Positions 26,536 through 39,100 of a stretch of DNA of 64,000 nt are shown here, piece after piece (position 1 is the stretch's first letter; the number at the start of each line of letters is the position of its first letter). The DNA is from Octopus sinensis (taxonomy: Eukaryota). The position numbers and the translations under genes are program-made. Below the pieces are notes generated by a model. It worked only from the letters and a program-made list of their open reading frames with translations. It was not told where the DNA came from and made no database searches. The DNA is taken from assembly GCF_006345805.1 (NCBI RefSeq), contig NC_043004.1, positions 83,824,001 to 83,888,000 of the forward strand, read 5' to 3'.

Positions 26536-26803
26536 AGAGTACTCTGCTCAGCATGATCATGACTCAGATCCCCACCTTAAATCGAAGAAATATTTCAAAG
26601 CATTTCCCCTGATGTTGCAACAATCCTGCCAGCCTGCTGGCTTTACCTTAACATAATCATACGACATTATGAAAATAACTTTAAGCAGATCAATAGGTGG
26701 AGAGATTAGTGTTGTTGTTTGTTCAGTATTGGTTTTATTCATTTGATACTAAATAGATTAACAGATTACTTACAATGACAAGCATTTGTTAAATTTACAT
26801 ACA

Positions 26804-26960
26804 TAGGCGCAGGATTGATGTATGGTAAGCAGCTTGCACACCAACTAAGTATTGTTCCGGGTTCCGTCCCACTGCATATCACGTCTTCTACTATAGACTC
26901 AGGCCGACCAAACCCTTGGGAGTGGATTTGGTAGTCAGAAACTGAAGGAAGCTTGTCGTA
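26804..26960 (+). mobile_element. SINE family A 5' half
   Basis: taggcgcaggattgatgtatggtaagc...gttccgggttccgtcccactgc...actgaaggaagc, ending in (TA)n. Confidence 0.8.
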
Positions 26961-26976
26961 TATGCATATTATATAT

Positions 26977-27020
<44 letters not shown>

Positions 27021-27028
27021 TATATATA

Positions 27029-28484
27029 CTAGCATTATGACCCGGCGTTGCTGGGTCATAGTGGTAGTTTGGTATAAATTATTTAAATTAAAAATTTGGG
27101 GTAATAAAACATACAACGACATATTAAAAAGACGAATTAAAATTCCAGAGAAAAATACATAGAAGATAAATATACAAATTTACAAAAATACATAAAATTT
27201 CGGAGATGTGCCAATTAATATGAAACATATATATTTAAAATTGACACTCCCCTCGTCAGGATGTTCTTTACACACAACACCTCGTTTCTTTATTACCCAT
27301 AAAGGGCTACACAGAGGGGACAATACAAAAATTGGGGACATAAAACATCACAATTACATAAATATGGAAAATGAAATATGAAAATGATAAATGAAAGTGA
27401 TGCTAACGGCCCCATCCGCTAGCATCACTTACCTGTCCTTTATACTTTATCCTGAATGTAATACACATTGTGCTCTATTTTCATCGCAAATCTCTTTTCC
27501 ATTTCTGTTATTATCTCGTCATCTATTTCAACTCTAAACACTTTATACTCCACTTCACCGCCGACCTTTTTAATAAATGCCTGGTATCTTGGCAACTTGA
27601 CCAAGTCTATTTCTGTTTCCTCCGTTCTTGTCGCTCCTGCGTATGTGTTGCCGAATTGCTTGTCCATTTTCTTTATCGCCCTTTCAAGTTCTTCTTCAGA
27701 AGTCGATAAATCTGACACACTTTCGTACATACTTCTTCTGGCCATCTCTCCCTTAGGGAGGGGCAGCCCGCTTCTTCCTTGTCTGTCTCAACACATAGTA
27801 CACGGAAACAAATGCACAATTACATACCTGCTACATGCGAAAGACCAGACATTACGTACTCCTCCAAATTCTCATAGATACTGAATGCTACTTTATAAGC
27901 ATATAATTTAATCTAGCAGCTATAGTAACTGGACTAATTCACTTCTGCACAAAATTAAATTTTTCATCTTTTAATTTCTCCCATTCATGCAAAGTCACAT
28001 ATTCAAGTTCAAGTCCTTGATACATTTTATACTAATTGCTATTTTTTCTTTTAATTGTTATATTACGATTTAATTACCATTTTAATAAAATAAAATATAT
28101 TTAATTACTACTTACTATATTTAATTCAATTGTTATTATTACCTCTAACTTTTATTGCAATTTTTATTTCTAAATTTCTTATGGAGCGTCGAGTCGATCT
28201 TATGCGTACAATATATTTTTATACGATGTTTATATATTTATATATTACTATATATTTCTAAACGTCGGGCTTTATGTCTGTTCTGTAGATATAAATGAAT
28301 ATATGAATATATGTATGTGTTTGATCTTTCTGTGGATTTTGTAGTGCTTTCGTAGTTCCTGCTCGCATTGCCTCCCCTCGAGGTAAAAAGTGTATACAGC
28401 TCATATGAGCACTACTATTCCAGTCTGTTATATATTTTGAGCGTTGTTGTCACTAACGATCTCAAGATATAACTTTATATTTTG

Positions 28485-28519
<35 letters not shown>

Positions 28520-28520
28520 T
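27029..28520 (-). mobile_element. Non-autonomous Helitron-like element (3' end well supported, 5' end approximate)
   Basis: Minus strand ends tatgacccag-caacg-ccgggtcata hairpin + atgCTAG|T at 27060-27029; putative 5' TCTATATAT..acaaaat start next to the (TCTA)n tract near 28520. Confidence 0.6.
27440..27745 (-). CDS. 101-aa ORF, probably the N-terminus of a LINE ORF1 (Tx1-like) in an internally deleted element
   Basis: Protein-like composition, ATG start, TYAGAT (SYA.A-like motif of ORF1 proteins); 150 bp downstream is a 3' end matching the SINE-B tail. Confidence 0.45.
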   Translation of the reverse strand: MARRSMYESVSDLSTSEEELERAIKKMDKQFGNTYAGATRTEETEIDLVKLPRYQAFIKKVGGEVEYKVFRVEIDDEIITEMEKRFAMKIEHNVYYIQDKV

Positions 28521-28601
28521 AGATAGATAGATAGATATATATATATATATAGATAGATAGATAGATAGATAGATATAGATAGATAGATAGATAGATAGAT
28601 C

Positions 28602-28681
<80 letters not shown>
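28486..28681. repeat. (TA)n/(TAGA)n compound microsatellite
   Basis: Direct reading. Confidence 0.97.
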
Positions 28682-28867
28682 TACATCCATATGCATACAA
28701 TAGAGAGATGTTTTTGTTTCACTTTTAACACGTAATACTGAAATAGTGGAGAAGATATGATATCGCTGTGGGCTCGCTCTAGGCAAGAAGTTAAACATTT
28801 TTTTGCCCATGACACTATATGAACCCTAAGTAAGGCATGTGTAAAATTTGACAAACACACGTTCTCA

Positions 28868-28899
<32 letters not shown>

Positions 28900-28903
<4 letters not shown>

Positions 28904-29072
28904 TGTGTGTGTGTATGACAACCAATACTGGTGTGTTTACATCCTTCTAACTCCATAACTAAGTGGTTCGGCAAGAAGACCAACAGAATAATTGCCAGTT
29001 CTGGAGTAAATTTGTTCGACTAAAGGCGGTGCCCCAGCATAGCCGCAGTCAAATGACTGAAACAAGTAAAAA
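28900..29072 (+). mobile_element. SINE family A 3' half
   Basis: tgacaaccaatactggtgtgtttac...ggcggtgccccagcatagccgcagtcaaatgactgaaacaagtaaaa. Confidence 0.85.
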
Positions 29073-29133
29073 AATATGTTTTTTTAATTGTTTTACGTCT
29101 GTTTTTCTTTCTGCATACTAGCATGGGTTAGAC

Positions 29134-29235
29134 TAGTGGTTCCCAAATTGGGCAGTATCGATCCCCTGAGGACAGTGAAAAGTTCCAAGAGGGCCTTGAA
29201 GAAAAGTGGGGTGATAATGGGGGTGGGGTAGCGAT
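29134..29235 (+). mobile_element. Possible hAT (Charlie-like) terminal fragment
   Basis: tagtggttcccaaattgggc resembles the CAGTGGTTCCCAAA terminus of hAT-Charlie MITEs; no partner end found. Confidence 0.35.
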
Positions 29236-29413
29236 TTATTTATAAACAAAATTTCATGAGTTTTTAAGGATAAGATTTATTTGTTAAATATAGTTGCTTT
29301 GAATTTGCTTCAGAAAGAGGCCTATGTTCATGAGGTTAGTTGGCGGGGGCACTAGTTACCATATATATGTATGTACTTATATATATACATATATATACAT
29401 ATATATATGTACT

Positions 29414-29447
<34 letters not shown>

Positions 29448-29489
29448 CATATATATATGCATATATGAATATTTATATATATATATGTA

Positions 29490-29530
<41 letters not shown>

Positions 29531-29589
29531 TATATATATATGCATATATGTATATATATATGCATATATATGTGTATATGTATATATAA

Positions 29590-29624
<35 letters not shown>

Positions 29625-30322
29625 GATATAGATATATATATATATATGTATATATGTATATATATATATATATAACACATGGACACACACATATGTGTAT
29701 ACAAGGGTGCTCATGACTCGTTTTTGTGTAATTGTTTACAAATGTGTATGTATTTTGTAAAAGTACCTCTGTAATTATACTTGTTACTAATGAATGTAAA
29801 TGATTCATAGTTCAAAGTTCTTTGTTGTTTCCAGCATTTATAATGTACTGAAGTCTTTAGTCATACCTATTTGTCTCTTAAAATCTATTTAGTTATTTAT
29901 TTCCAATTTCTGGAGATTTTGCTAAACTTCAATCAAACCTGACGACGTACCTCTCTCGAGATCTATAAACATATTTCTTGTTATAATATTGACAAGAGAA
30001 AGTATCATTCGTCGCTGTGATGGTCAACAAACATGTGATTGCAAGTAATTGAAAGAAATTCCGCATGATCACAGACAATATAGTAAAATCACACTAGTTT
30101 TGTCTTTCCTATCTTTTCAGTCCCTTTTTCAAAATTTCATTATTGTGTTGATTTACATTTTAACCACCCCTATCCACCCATCTCCCCAGACATCATTTTG
30201 TTTAGTGTCATTTTCTCCATTATCCACTGTATCCCATTTTTCCATCGTTAATTTCTCTAATGCAACTACTTTCTTTTCGAGTTCACGTAAATTACTATAC
30301 AAATAGATATATTCATACTTTC

Positions 30323-30403
<81 letters not shown>

Positions 30404-30429
30404 ATATAACATAAATACATACATACATA

Positions 30430-30585
30430 CGGAGAATTCACAAAAACAGAAGACGAAGTAAGGTGATGTAGACAACAAATAGATGTATTAACTTAAGGCT
30501 TTAGAAGTGATAAAAGTCTTTAACGTTTCGAGCCTACGCTCTTCCAAAAAAGGAACGCAGAAAGAGACAAGGAGAGAAAATAAAG

Positions 30586-30590
<5 letters not shown>
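30430..30590 (-). mobile_element. Hammerhead-motif repeat H, copy 1 (core degenerate)
   Basis: Minus strand ttttgga-a-gagc-gtag-gctc-gaaac-gtt-aaagac; flanked by (TA)n. Confidence 0.7.
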
Positions 30591-30639
<49 letters not shown>

Positions 30640-30658
30640 TTGTGTTTTTGTGTATATA

Positions 30659-30692
<34 letters not shown>

Positions 30693-30693
<1 letters not shown>

Positions 30694-31014
30694 GACGGTG
30701 CTGAATTGTGAATCCTTTAAGCCAAATTTTCACAAAAAATGTTGTCCGACCGTCCCACAGGCCTCCCCTTTGGGAAACACTGATTTAATCTAAATTTGAG
30801 ACACCAGCAAAAGGAGAAATAAAGCTAGAACTTTTTTTTATAGATTCCAATATGCGCAAAGTGCACGAGCAATTTTCTTGCGTACGCGTAGTATCGATCG
30901 CAACAGCTGATGTACTTGCGCGTACAAATGCACTTTCCCACGGCTTTATCGATCGTATTCTCACCTGGAATCGATTTTTGTAATTTTTCGAGACATATAC
31001 ACGCCCTAATACCG

Positions 31015-31020
<6 letters not shown>
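30693..31020 (-). mobile_element. Internally shorter copy of the Helitron/DINE-like element at 56100-56915
   Basis: Reverse complement of about 56190-56360 joined to about 56730-56882. Confidence 0.8.
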
Positions 31021-31072
<52 letters not shown>

Positions 31073-31089
31073 ATATATATAATCAGATC

Positions 31090-31297
31090 GCCATGTTGAT
31101 TCGCTAGCTTCTGCACACATTTATTTTCTCTCCTTATTTCTCTCCGTGTTTCTTTTCTGTGTATCTTTCTGTTGAAGAGCGTAGGCTCGAAACGTAAAAT
31201 ATTTGTTTTATTTCTATTCCTGAGCGCCATACTAATAGAATTATTTGTTTGTATTCCACCTGCCTTCGTCTTTTGTTTATTTTCATAAAGCTTCCCG

Positions 31298-31300
<3 letters not shown>
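31090..31300 (+). mobile_element. Hammerhead-motif repeat H, copy 2
   Basis: tcttt-CTGTTGA-a-gagc-gtag-gctc-GAAAC-gta-aaat at 31164-31200; flanked by (TA)n; nearly identical to 53788-53963. Confidence 0.75.
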
Positions 31301-31340
<40 letters not shown>

Positions 31341-32141
31341 ATATATATATAATATACTTATACAGGAACATAGATAAATACATAGATACATATACAGTCG
31401 CAGAAATACGCAGATAAAAAACACTCGGACACAGACAAGCATATATGCATACAGCATCTGTCAAAGAAACATATAGACAAACTCACAGACGTAAACAAAC
31501 GTAGCAAGACGCTATTAAAAATATATGCTTTCTTCTTCACTCCTTTCCTGAATCCAGACTGCTCGCTCTTAACTTCGTATTTGTATTCATTCCTTTATCT
31601 GCACCTGCTTTTCCATCCTATTTCTCTTCAACTTGTTTCACTGATCGACCCCTTCTTCCGTATTATTCCCCGTCTTCTCCTGAAGACGAATCTCTAAACC
31701 ATTCTGTATTCCCTCATTATTTATCCTTCGCATTTCTCTCTCCAACTACCAATAATATCCCCTACATCCATATCTCTTATTCTTGCTTGCATTGTTCTCT
31801 ATCAATGTTTTTGTGTTCTTTTCCATTCTTATAAATTGTTAAATCTGTTTCAGGCTTCATACAATATATGGTGACCGTTTCCCCATTTACTCTCTTTAAG
31901 TTACATAGATTCGAACTTATTTCTGCAGCCATAATGCACATATCTATGAATAGCTAAAAATAAGTATTTATTCCCTTTATTTTTTTATTCTTCAATTCGT
32001 TTCAGCCACGCGGTCGCGCAAATGCTGGAGCACCATCGTGAATTTGCCCTTCAATATAGGATTCTTCTCTGACTGATTTCTTCAGGGTGGTGGAATTTAA
32101 TATCAACACTGCTGCATGTGCTTTTTGGCTTAGTTCTTAGA

Positions 32142-32975
32142 TGAGAGTGAATATATCCAGTGGCTGTTGTGCAGTAAAACGAACCTTGAGAGAGCTGAAC
32201 AATGATACGAATACAAGCCAGAGGGAGTGTGTGTCCGTGTGTTATGTAGGCGACAGCGGCGATGGTCGACGGCTAAGGTGATGCTGTTTGTCGTCGTCAC
32301 CGTTATCTAGCACGAGCGCGTGCGCATGTCGACGCACTAAGGCGATGCGATCTCTGCTCAGTGCTCCGAAGTGAAGACGTTGGAGGAGGCTCGGGCAAAC
32401 GGGGTGCGCATTGATTACGTAAGTGTAAGCAAGCAAGCAGCAAACCAGCCAACCAACGAAGCAAGCTCCCTTGTGCCCGACAGCGTGGAGTCATCGGACA
32501 CGAGTGTGGATATATCCAGAGGCTGTTGTGCGGTAAAGCAAACCTCGAGAGAGCGGAACAATGATATGAATACAAGCCAGAGAGCGTAATGCAATAACGA
32601 GCAGAACAAAACAGTCTGGGATTTTAACATTCAGTGCGACCACGTCATAAAGACGAAACGACCAGATATCGTGATCATCCATAAAGATGAAAAAGAAGTA
32701 AAGATAATAGATGTTGCAATATAAGGCTATTCGGGCGTGAAATGTTAGGAAACAGAAAGAGTGAGAAATACCGGCCACTGCGCGACGAGATAGGAAAGTT
32801 ATGGGGCATGAGGAATGTAATGGTGATAGTGGTGAAAATTGGAGCATTAGGAGCATTCTTCGAGGGCTTTCAAAAAATATTAAGAATATTGGAGATGCTG
32901 TCAGGCTCAAGGTGATCCAGAAGACAGCATTGTTTGGTACAGCTCGTATTCAAAGTAGAGTATTGTCTGCTTGTG
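32142..32975 (+). pseudogene. Old R4/Dong-clade RLE-domain fragment with internal 85-bp duplication
   Basis: YIQWLLCSK..ERAEQ*YEYKPE, VWDFNIQCDH, RPDIVIIHKDEKEVKIIDVAI, IGALG, IQKTALFGTARI. Confidence 0.8.
32232..32500. mobile_element. CpG-rich ~270-bp insert with TGTCCG...CGGACA termini (solo-LTR-like or MITE)
   Basis: Terminal 6-7 bp inverted repeat, TG...CA ends, gagtgtg on both flanks. Confidence 0.4.
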
Positions 32976-33069
32976 TCAGAGTAGGCGGCACTACTTGAAA
33001 CTTTCTGTGATTTGTTGTTGCCTGCTTTCAATTAAAGAATAACAGATAATTAAGAACTATCCGAGAAGC

Positions 33070-34680
33070 TTTTTTTCGAAAATTTTCACCGAAGATTTTA
33101 CCCAAAAATTTTTCGAAAATTTTACACAAAAATTTTTCCAATATTTTCACCGAAAATTTTACCCAAAAACATTTCCAAAATTTTCACTGAATAATTTACC
33201 GGAAAATTTTAACCAACAATTTTTCGAACATTTTCACCGAAGATTTTACCCAAAAATTTTTCGAAAATTTTAACCCAAAAATTTTCACCAACAATTTTTC
33301 CAAAATTTTCAGCGAAGATTTTAACCAAAAATTTTTCGAAAATTTTACCTAAAAATTTTTCCAAAGTTTTCACCGAAAATTTTACCCAAAAATTTTCAGC
33401 AACAATTTTTCAAAAATTTTCACCAAAGATTTTACCCAAAAATTTTTCCAAAATTTTCACAGAATATTTTACCCAAAACTTTTCACCAATAATTTTTCGT
33501 AAATTTTCACCGAAGATTTTACCCAAAAATTTTTCCAAAATTTTCACCAAAGATTTTACCCAAAAATTTTCAGCAACAATTTTTCGAAAATTTTCACCGA
33601 AGATTTTACCCAAAAATTTTTCGAAAATTTTACAGAAAAATTTTTCCTATATTTTCACCGAAAATTTTACCCAAAAACATTTCCAAAATTTTCACCGAAA
33701 ATTTTACGCGAAAATTTTTCGAAAATTTTACCCAACAATTTTTTTAAAATTTTCACCGAAGATTTTACCCAAAAATTTTTCGAAAATTTTACCCAAAAAT
33801 TTTCACCAACAATTTTTGCAAAATTTTGACCAAAGTTTTTACCCAAAAATTTTTCCAAAATTTTCACAGAAAATTTTCCCAAAATTATTTCGAAAATTTT
33901 ACCCAAAAATTTTCGCCGAAAATTTTCCCCAAAAATTTTTCGAAAATTTTTCCCGAAAATTATCCCCAAAAATTTTTCAAGGAAAATTTTAACCAAGAAT
34001 TTTCACCAATAATTTTTCGAAAAATTGTTGGTGAAAATTTACCTAAAAATCTTCAGCCATAATTTTTCGAAAATTTTCACCGAAGATTTTACCCAAAAAT
34101 TTTTCCACAATTTTCACGGAAAATTTTACACAAAAATTTTTACCAACAATTTTTGCAAAATTTTCACCAAAGATTTTACCCGAAACTTTTTCCAAAATTT
34201 TCACCAACAATTATTCCAAAATTTTCAGCGAAGATTTTACCCAAAAATTTTTCGAAAACTTTTTCCCAAAAATTTTTCCAAAGTTTTCACCAAAAATTTT
34301 ACCCAAAAATTTTCACCAATAATTTTTCGAAAATTTTCACCGAACATTTTACCTAAAAATTTTTCCAAAGTTTTCACCGAAAATTTTACCCAAAAATTTT
34401 CAGCAACAATTTTTCCAAAATTTTCACCAAAGATTTTACCCAAAAATTTTTCCAAAATTTTCACCGAAAATTTTAACCAAAAATTTTCACCAACAATTTT
34501 TCGAAAATTTTCACCGAAGATTTTTCCAAAGTTTTCACAGAAAATTTTACCCAAAAATTTTCACGAATAATTTTTCGAAAATTTTCAGGGAAGATTTTAC
34601 CCAAAAATTTTTCCAAAATTTTCACGGAAAATTTTACCCAAAAATTTTCACCAAAAATTTTTCAAAAATTTTCACCAAAG
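33070..34680. repeat. Satellite array of 12-13 bp A4T4-centred monomers
   Basis: aaaattttcacc / gaagattttaccc / aaaaatttttcg units repeated over about 1.6 kb. Confidence 0.95.
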
Positions 34681-34870
34681 ATCGCTAAGATGTGCCAGGT
34701 ACAGGAGGCGAACATTAAGGTTATCCCTATTGTCACCGGAACACTAGGTTCAATAGCACCCAATCTGAAAAAAAAACGTCTGAAAATCTTCAGAGAACCA
34801 TTCAGTGTAGATGAATTGCAAAAGTCGGCTAAATGCATGCATACTGCGTAAAGAACTATCTGTCTGAGGT
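34680..34870 (+). pseudogene. Old R4/Dong-clade extreme C-terminal fragment
   Basis: IAKMCQVQEANIKVIPIVTGTLGSI...ELQKSA...LRKELSV*. Confidence 0.65.
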
Positions 34871-34941
34871 TCTTTTTGTGAATTTTCAAACAGTAAAAAT
34901 CCCCCGGTATAAATTCACGATATTGTATATCATGGAACGTC

Positions 34942-34942
<1 letters not shown>

Positions 34943-34981
<39 letters not shown>

Positions 34982-34987
34982 ATAATA

Positions 34988-35037
<50 letters not shown>

Positions 35038-35049
35038 TTAATAATAATG

Positions 35050-35100
<51 letters not shown>
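34943..35100. repeat. (AAT)n microsatellite (Dong target tract)
   Basis: Direct reading; abuts the 5' truncation point of the next element. Confidence 0.97.
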
Positions 35101-35101
<1 letters not shown>

Positions 35102-35613
35102 AGACAGAACCATCAAGGCCAATAAACCAGATATTGTTGTGAAAGACCAAAACATAAAGTTTGCTTATTGATCGACATGAGCATCCCCTGTGATCATAAT
35201 ATCTCAGCGAAAGAGTTTGACAAGCTCAGAAAATATAAAGACCTACTCATTGAAATTGAGAAAATGTGGCATCTCAAGGCGGTTACAATACCAGTGATCG
35301 TAGGAGCACTAGGAATGATCAAGAAGGGAACCGAAAATTATATGAGAATGATCCCTGGCTTACCATCCCTGCAAGAAGTGCAAAAGATTGTCTTAACTGG
35401 TGCATCACACGTATTGAGAAGAGCATTGTCGATGTGAGAACTGTTGCTGCTCATGTATTTTAATTTAACTTTAAAAAATTTTTTTTTAAATTGAACGAAC
35501 TACTGAGTTTGGTTTAATGGCCTACCAATATACACTATGAGTTTCTTTGCCCTAGGAGTCGGGAAGACACTCGGCAAGAAATGGAAGAAAATTTGAAAGA
35601 AGAAAGAAAAAAG
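35100..35613 (+). mobile_element. R4/Dong LINE family B, 5'-truncated (RLE C-terminus + 3'UTR)
   Basis: TDRTIKANKPDIVVKD, IDMSIPCDHNISAKEFDKLRKYKDL..IPVIVGALGMI..HVLRRALSM; (AAT)n on both sides. Confidence 0.92.
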
Positions 35614-35635
35614 TAATAATAATAATAATAATAAT

Positions 35636-35691
<56 letters not shown>

Positions 35692-36160
35692 CATGGATGT
35701 TCCCTGGGAGCCTCTCTCCAAAAAACGAATTTAATCCAACAACATCGTTGTAATGGAAGAAAGGTTCCACAAAATATCTTTTCCAAATGTTCTTTTAAGG
35801 CAAAGTAACTAAAAAGTCCGATCTATTATTGCCATATATAGTATGGTTTTCTTTCTTTTATGCATAATATTTCCATGTGACATGCATAAGAAATAGAAGC
35901 GAACATCAGAGGTCTTGAAAGACAGTAAGTACATAAATTGATTAATTAATTAATAAATAAGTATACATGCAACTGTTTATGCATACACGTACACATTTTA
36001 ATTATAAAACATAAATAATGCTTACACGCGCTCGCACATACACACAGAAGGAAAAACCACGTTACGCGGACGAAAACAAAACAAAAACAAAGCGATTTTT
36101 CACGAACAAACGCAAAAAAGAGCAAATTGGTCACTGAATTTAGAAAGTCACTGAACAGTT

Positions 36161-39100
36161 ATGCCCGGAAACATGTCTACCAAACGAAATAGAGGCGAAT
36201 TTCGATCTGTAAGTCTTATGCGTGTTCGATATGAACAATATATTAATTCGGAGAATTCAGAAGCGGTGTCTTGTCAAAAAATTAACCCTGTACAAACAGT
36301 CCCTTCTAACGTCACCGTCACAGAAGCGGCGTCTTGTCAAAAAGTTGACTCTGTAAAAATGGACCCCTCTGATGTCGCCGTCAATCATTTAATGAAAACA
36401 AGCCAAAAATCATGCCGGATCGGTCATCGCCCGGGACACCAAGGACCGCGTTACCCAGTAGGGAACCATACTGGGGTCGAAAAGTTTGCTGCTGGAACAA
36501 ACTCTCAAAAAGACCATCTACCAGGTGACCAGAACCAGAATACTTCTAACTCTGGACTTGTAGTGACACCACCTAAAGCAAAACGTATAAAATGGACCAG
36601 AGAGGACTATAGAGATGTGTTGAAAGATTTTTATACAGCCCAACTAAACCCAAACAACAACCTCAGTGTACAAACATACATCTCATGGAGACATTCAGTA
36701 GGCAATGACGTACGTAGATATATATAGCCGCAAATAAATTAAGTAATGTACGCAGAGATATAATTAAAAACAAAAGACTAACTGACGCTGAAATTGACAA
36801 AATTAGGACACTAATAGCTCATGGTAGACTAAAAGAAAACAGCAACAATGTAGACGAAATAGGTAACAGTAGTATAGAAGCCAGTGTACAAGCGGCAAAT
36901 CAACTTCCCAATGGGGAAGTTAAACAAAGAATAGCGAAGACGAGAGATTTGAAAAAAGAGGAGAACGTAGACCTTCCTCAAGAAAACCAAAATAGATATG
37001 ACATAGAATTTGAGGTGAATAATAGAGAAAAGATTATGGAAGCAAAAGTGGACATTATGAGAGAACTCGGCAAGATTGAGCTCACTGACATGGTTAATAG
37101 AGAACCACTTCCAAAGTTTTCAAATGGGACAAGAAATAGCAACACAATCATGACATATAACGTTGCCCTAGGACAGATCTTAAGAAATAAGGGGAATGAT
37201 CTGACAACCTTAAATAATTTCATCTATTCCACTGCTAAAGTAGTAACTACCCAACTAGGTATTAAGATGACAACGAAAAAGGCCAGGCATGTCAATGAAC
37301 CTCCTAAGTGGAAAGTAGCGATACAAAAAGAGATTGAATCTCTGCGGGCGGATGTTTCAGTTCTCGATGAGCTTGCTAGAGGAGTGAATATTAAGTCGAG
37401 AAAAGCAAGAAAAATCAAGCAAAAACATAAAATCAAAGATCTCATAAACCTCCCTGCAACTAAGGAACTGTTGAAACAACGGATACAGTTGAAAGCCCAA
37501 TGGCTTAGAAGGTATAGCAAAAGAAACAAATTTTATCGACAAAATAATTTTTTTAAGATAGATGCAAAGAAATTTTATAGGGAAATTGGCAAAAATAAAA
37601 TACACATAGAAGATCCACCTAAGATTGAGGAAGTGGAGGAGTTCTGGAAGAAGGTATGAGGCAACGAAAAAGAGTTTAATGCTGAGGCTGACTGGATAGA
37701 ATGTGAGAAAGAGAGACTGGATGAAGAACAGAAATGGGAAGCAATAGGAATAGAGGAGCTAAGGTGTGTCCTTAGGAAGGCTCATAAATGGAAAACCCCA
37801 GGACTGGATCGGATCCCTAACTTCTGGCTGAATTGTTTGACAGAGGTACACGAAAATCTCGCTGTATCTCTGTCTGATGTCATTCAGAACCCACAGCAAA
37901 TACCTGTTTGGCTGACTGAAGGAACCACCTACCTATTACCTAAAACCGAAGACACAAAAATCCCAAAGAATTACCGGCCAATAACATGTCTCAACACCAA
38001 CTACAAAATCCTCACATCCATAATAACGGAGATAATGTACGCTTTCCTTGAACAAAACTCTATCCTTCCACAAGCTCAAAAAGGTTGTAAAAGAAAATCT
38101 TATGGGTGCAAAGACCAATTGCTCATAAACAGAATGATTGTAGAGAATTGCCGGAGCAAAAACAAAAACCTGAGTATGGCATGGATAGACTACAGGAAAG
38201 CGTATGACAGTGTCCCACATAAATGGATACTCAAGGCCCTTGAGATATACAAGATCTCTCCTGTCGTCTCAAAATTCTTAGAGAATAGCATGACCATGTG
38301 GAACACACATCTCTTTCTAAGCCATAGTAATGGGATGAGCCAGTCCAACAGCATCAACATCAAACGAGGCATCTTTCAAGGTGAACCTCTCTCTCCATTA
38401 CTTTTTTGCATGGCACTGATCCCACTATCAAACGAATTGGATAGTACCAGATATGGGTACAAAGTTTGTAGTAAGTTAATAAACCACCTTTTCTATATGG
38501 ACGACCTAAAGCTGTTTGCCAGGAATGACCAAGAGCTAGAAGGGCTGCTAACAACTGTTAAAGAATTTAGCAATGATATCGGAATGGATTTTGGCCTTGA
38601 TAAGTGTGCTAAAGCAACTTTTGTAAGAGGCAAGATCAGGCAAACATCTACTGTTAAGTTAGATATTGACACTACCATCAAGGAACTTGACCCACAAGAA
38701 AGTTACAAATACCTAGGAATCAACGAAGGAGATGGTATACATCATGCTACTATGAAGGAAAAAATAAGAAAGGAATACTATAGGAGAATAAGGCTTGTAC
38801 TGAAGACTGAACTCAACTCCAAAAATTGCATTGAGGCCATTAACACCCTGGCGCTTTCAGTAGTCCAGTACAGTTTTAACATCATTAACTGGAACCTTAC
38901 GGAACTCCAACGCTTGGACAGGAAGACAAGAAAATTACTGACATCCAAGAGCATGCACCACCCTAAGGCAGATGTAGACCGCCTGTACCTACCTAGAAGC
39001 AGCGAGGGGAGAGGAATGATGCAATTAGAGCTGTGATATAAGACATCTACTGTGGGAATGAACAGGTACCTATCTAGTACAAAGGACTGGATGCTGCGAC

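Noticed and set aside
33410-34570. Repetitive KIFGENF/FPKFSPK ORFs on both strands
   Set aside because: By-product of a stop-poor satellite; frames shift with the 12/13-bp monomers.
33070-34680. CRISPR-like array
   Set aside because: No unique spacers, no cas genes, eukaryotic context.
36410-36480. HDV-like ribozyme near the 5' end of Dong A
   Set aside because: Only a cccagta/tactggg hairpin is evident; I could not build the nested double pseudoknot by eye.
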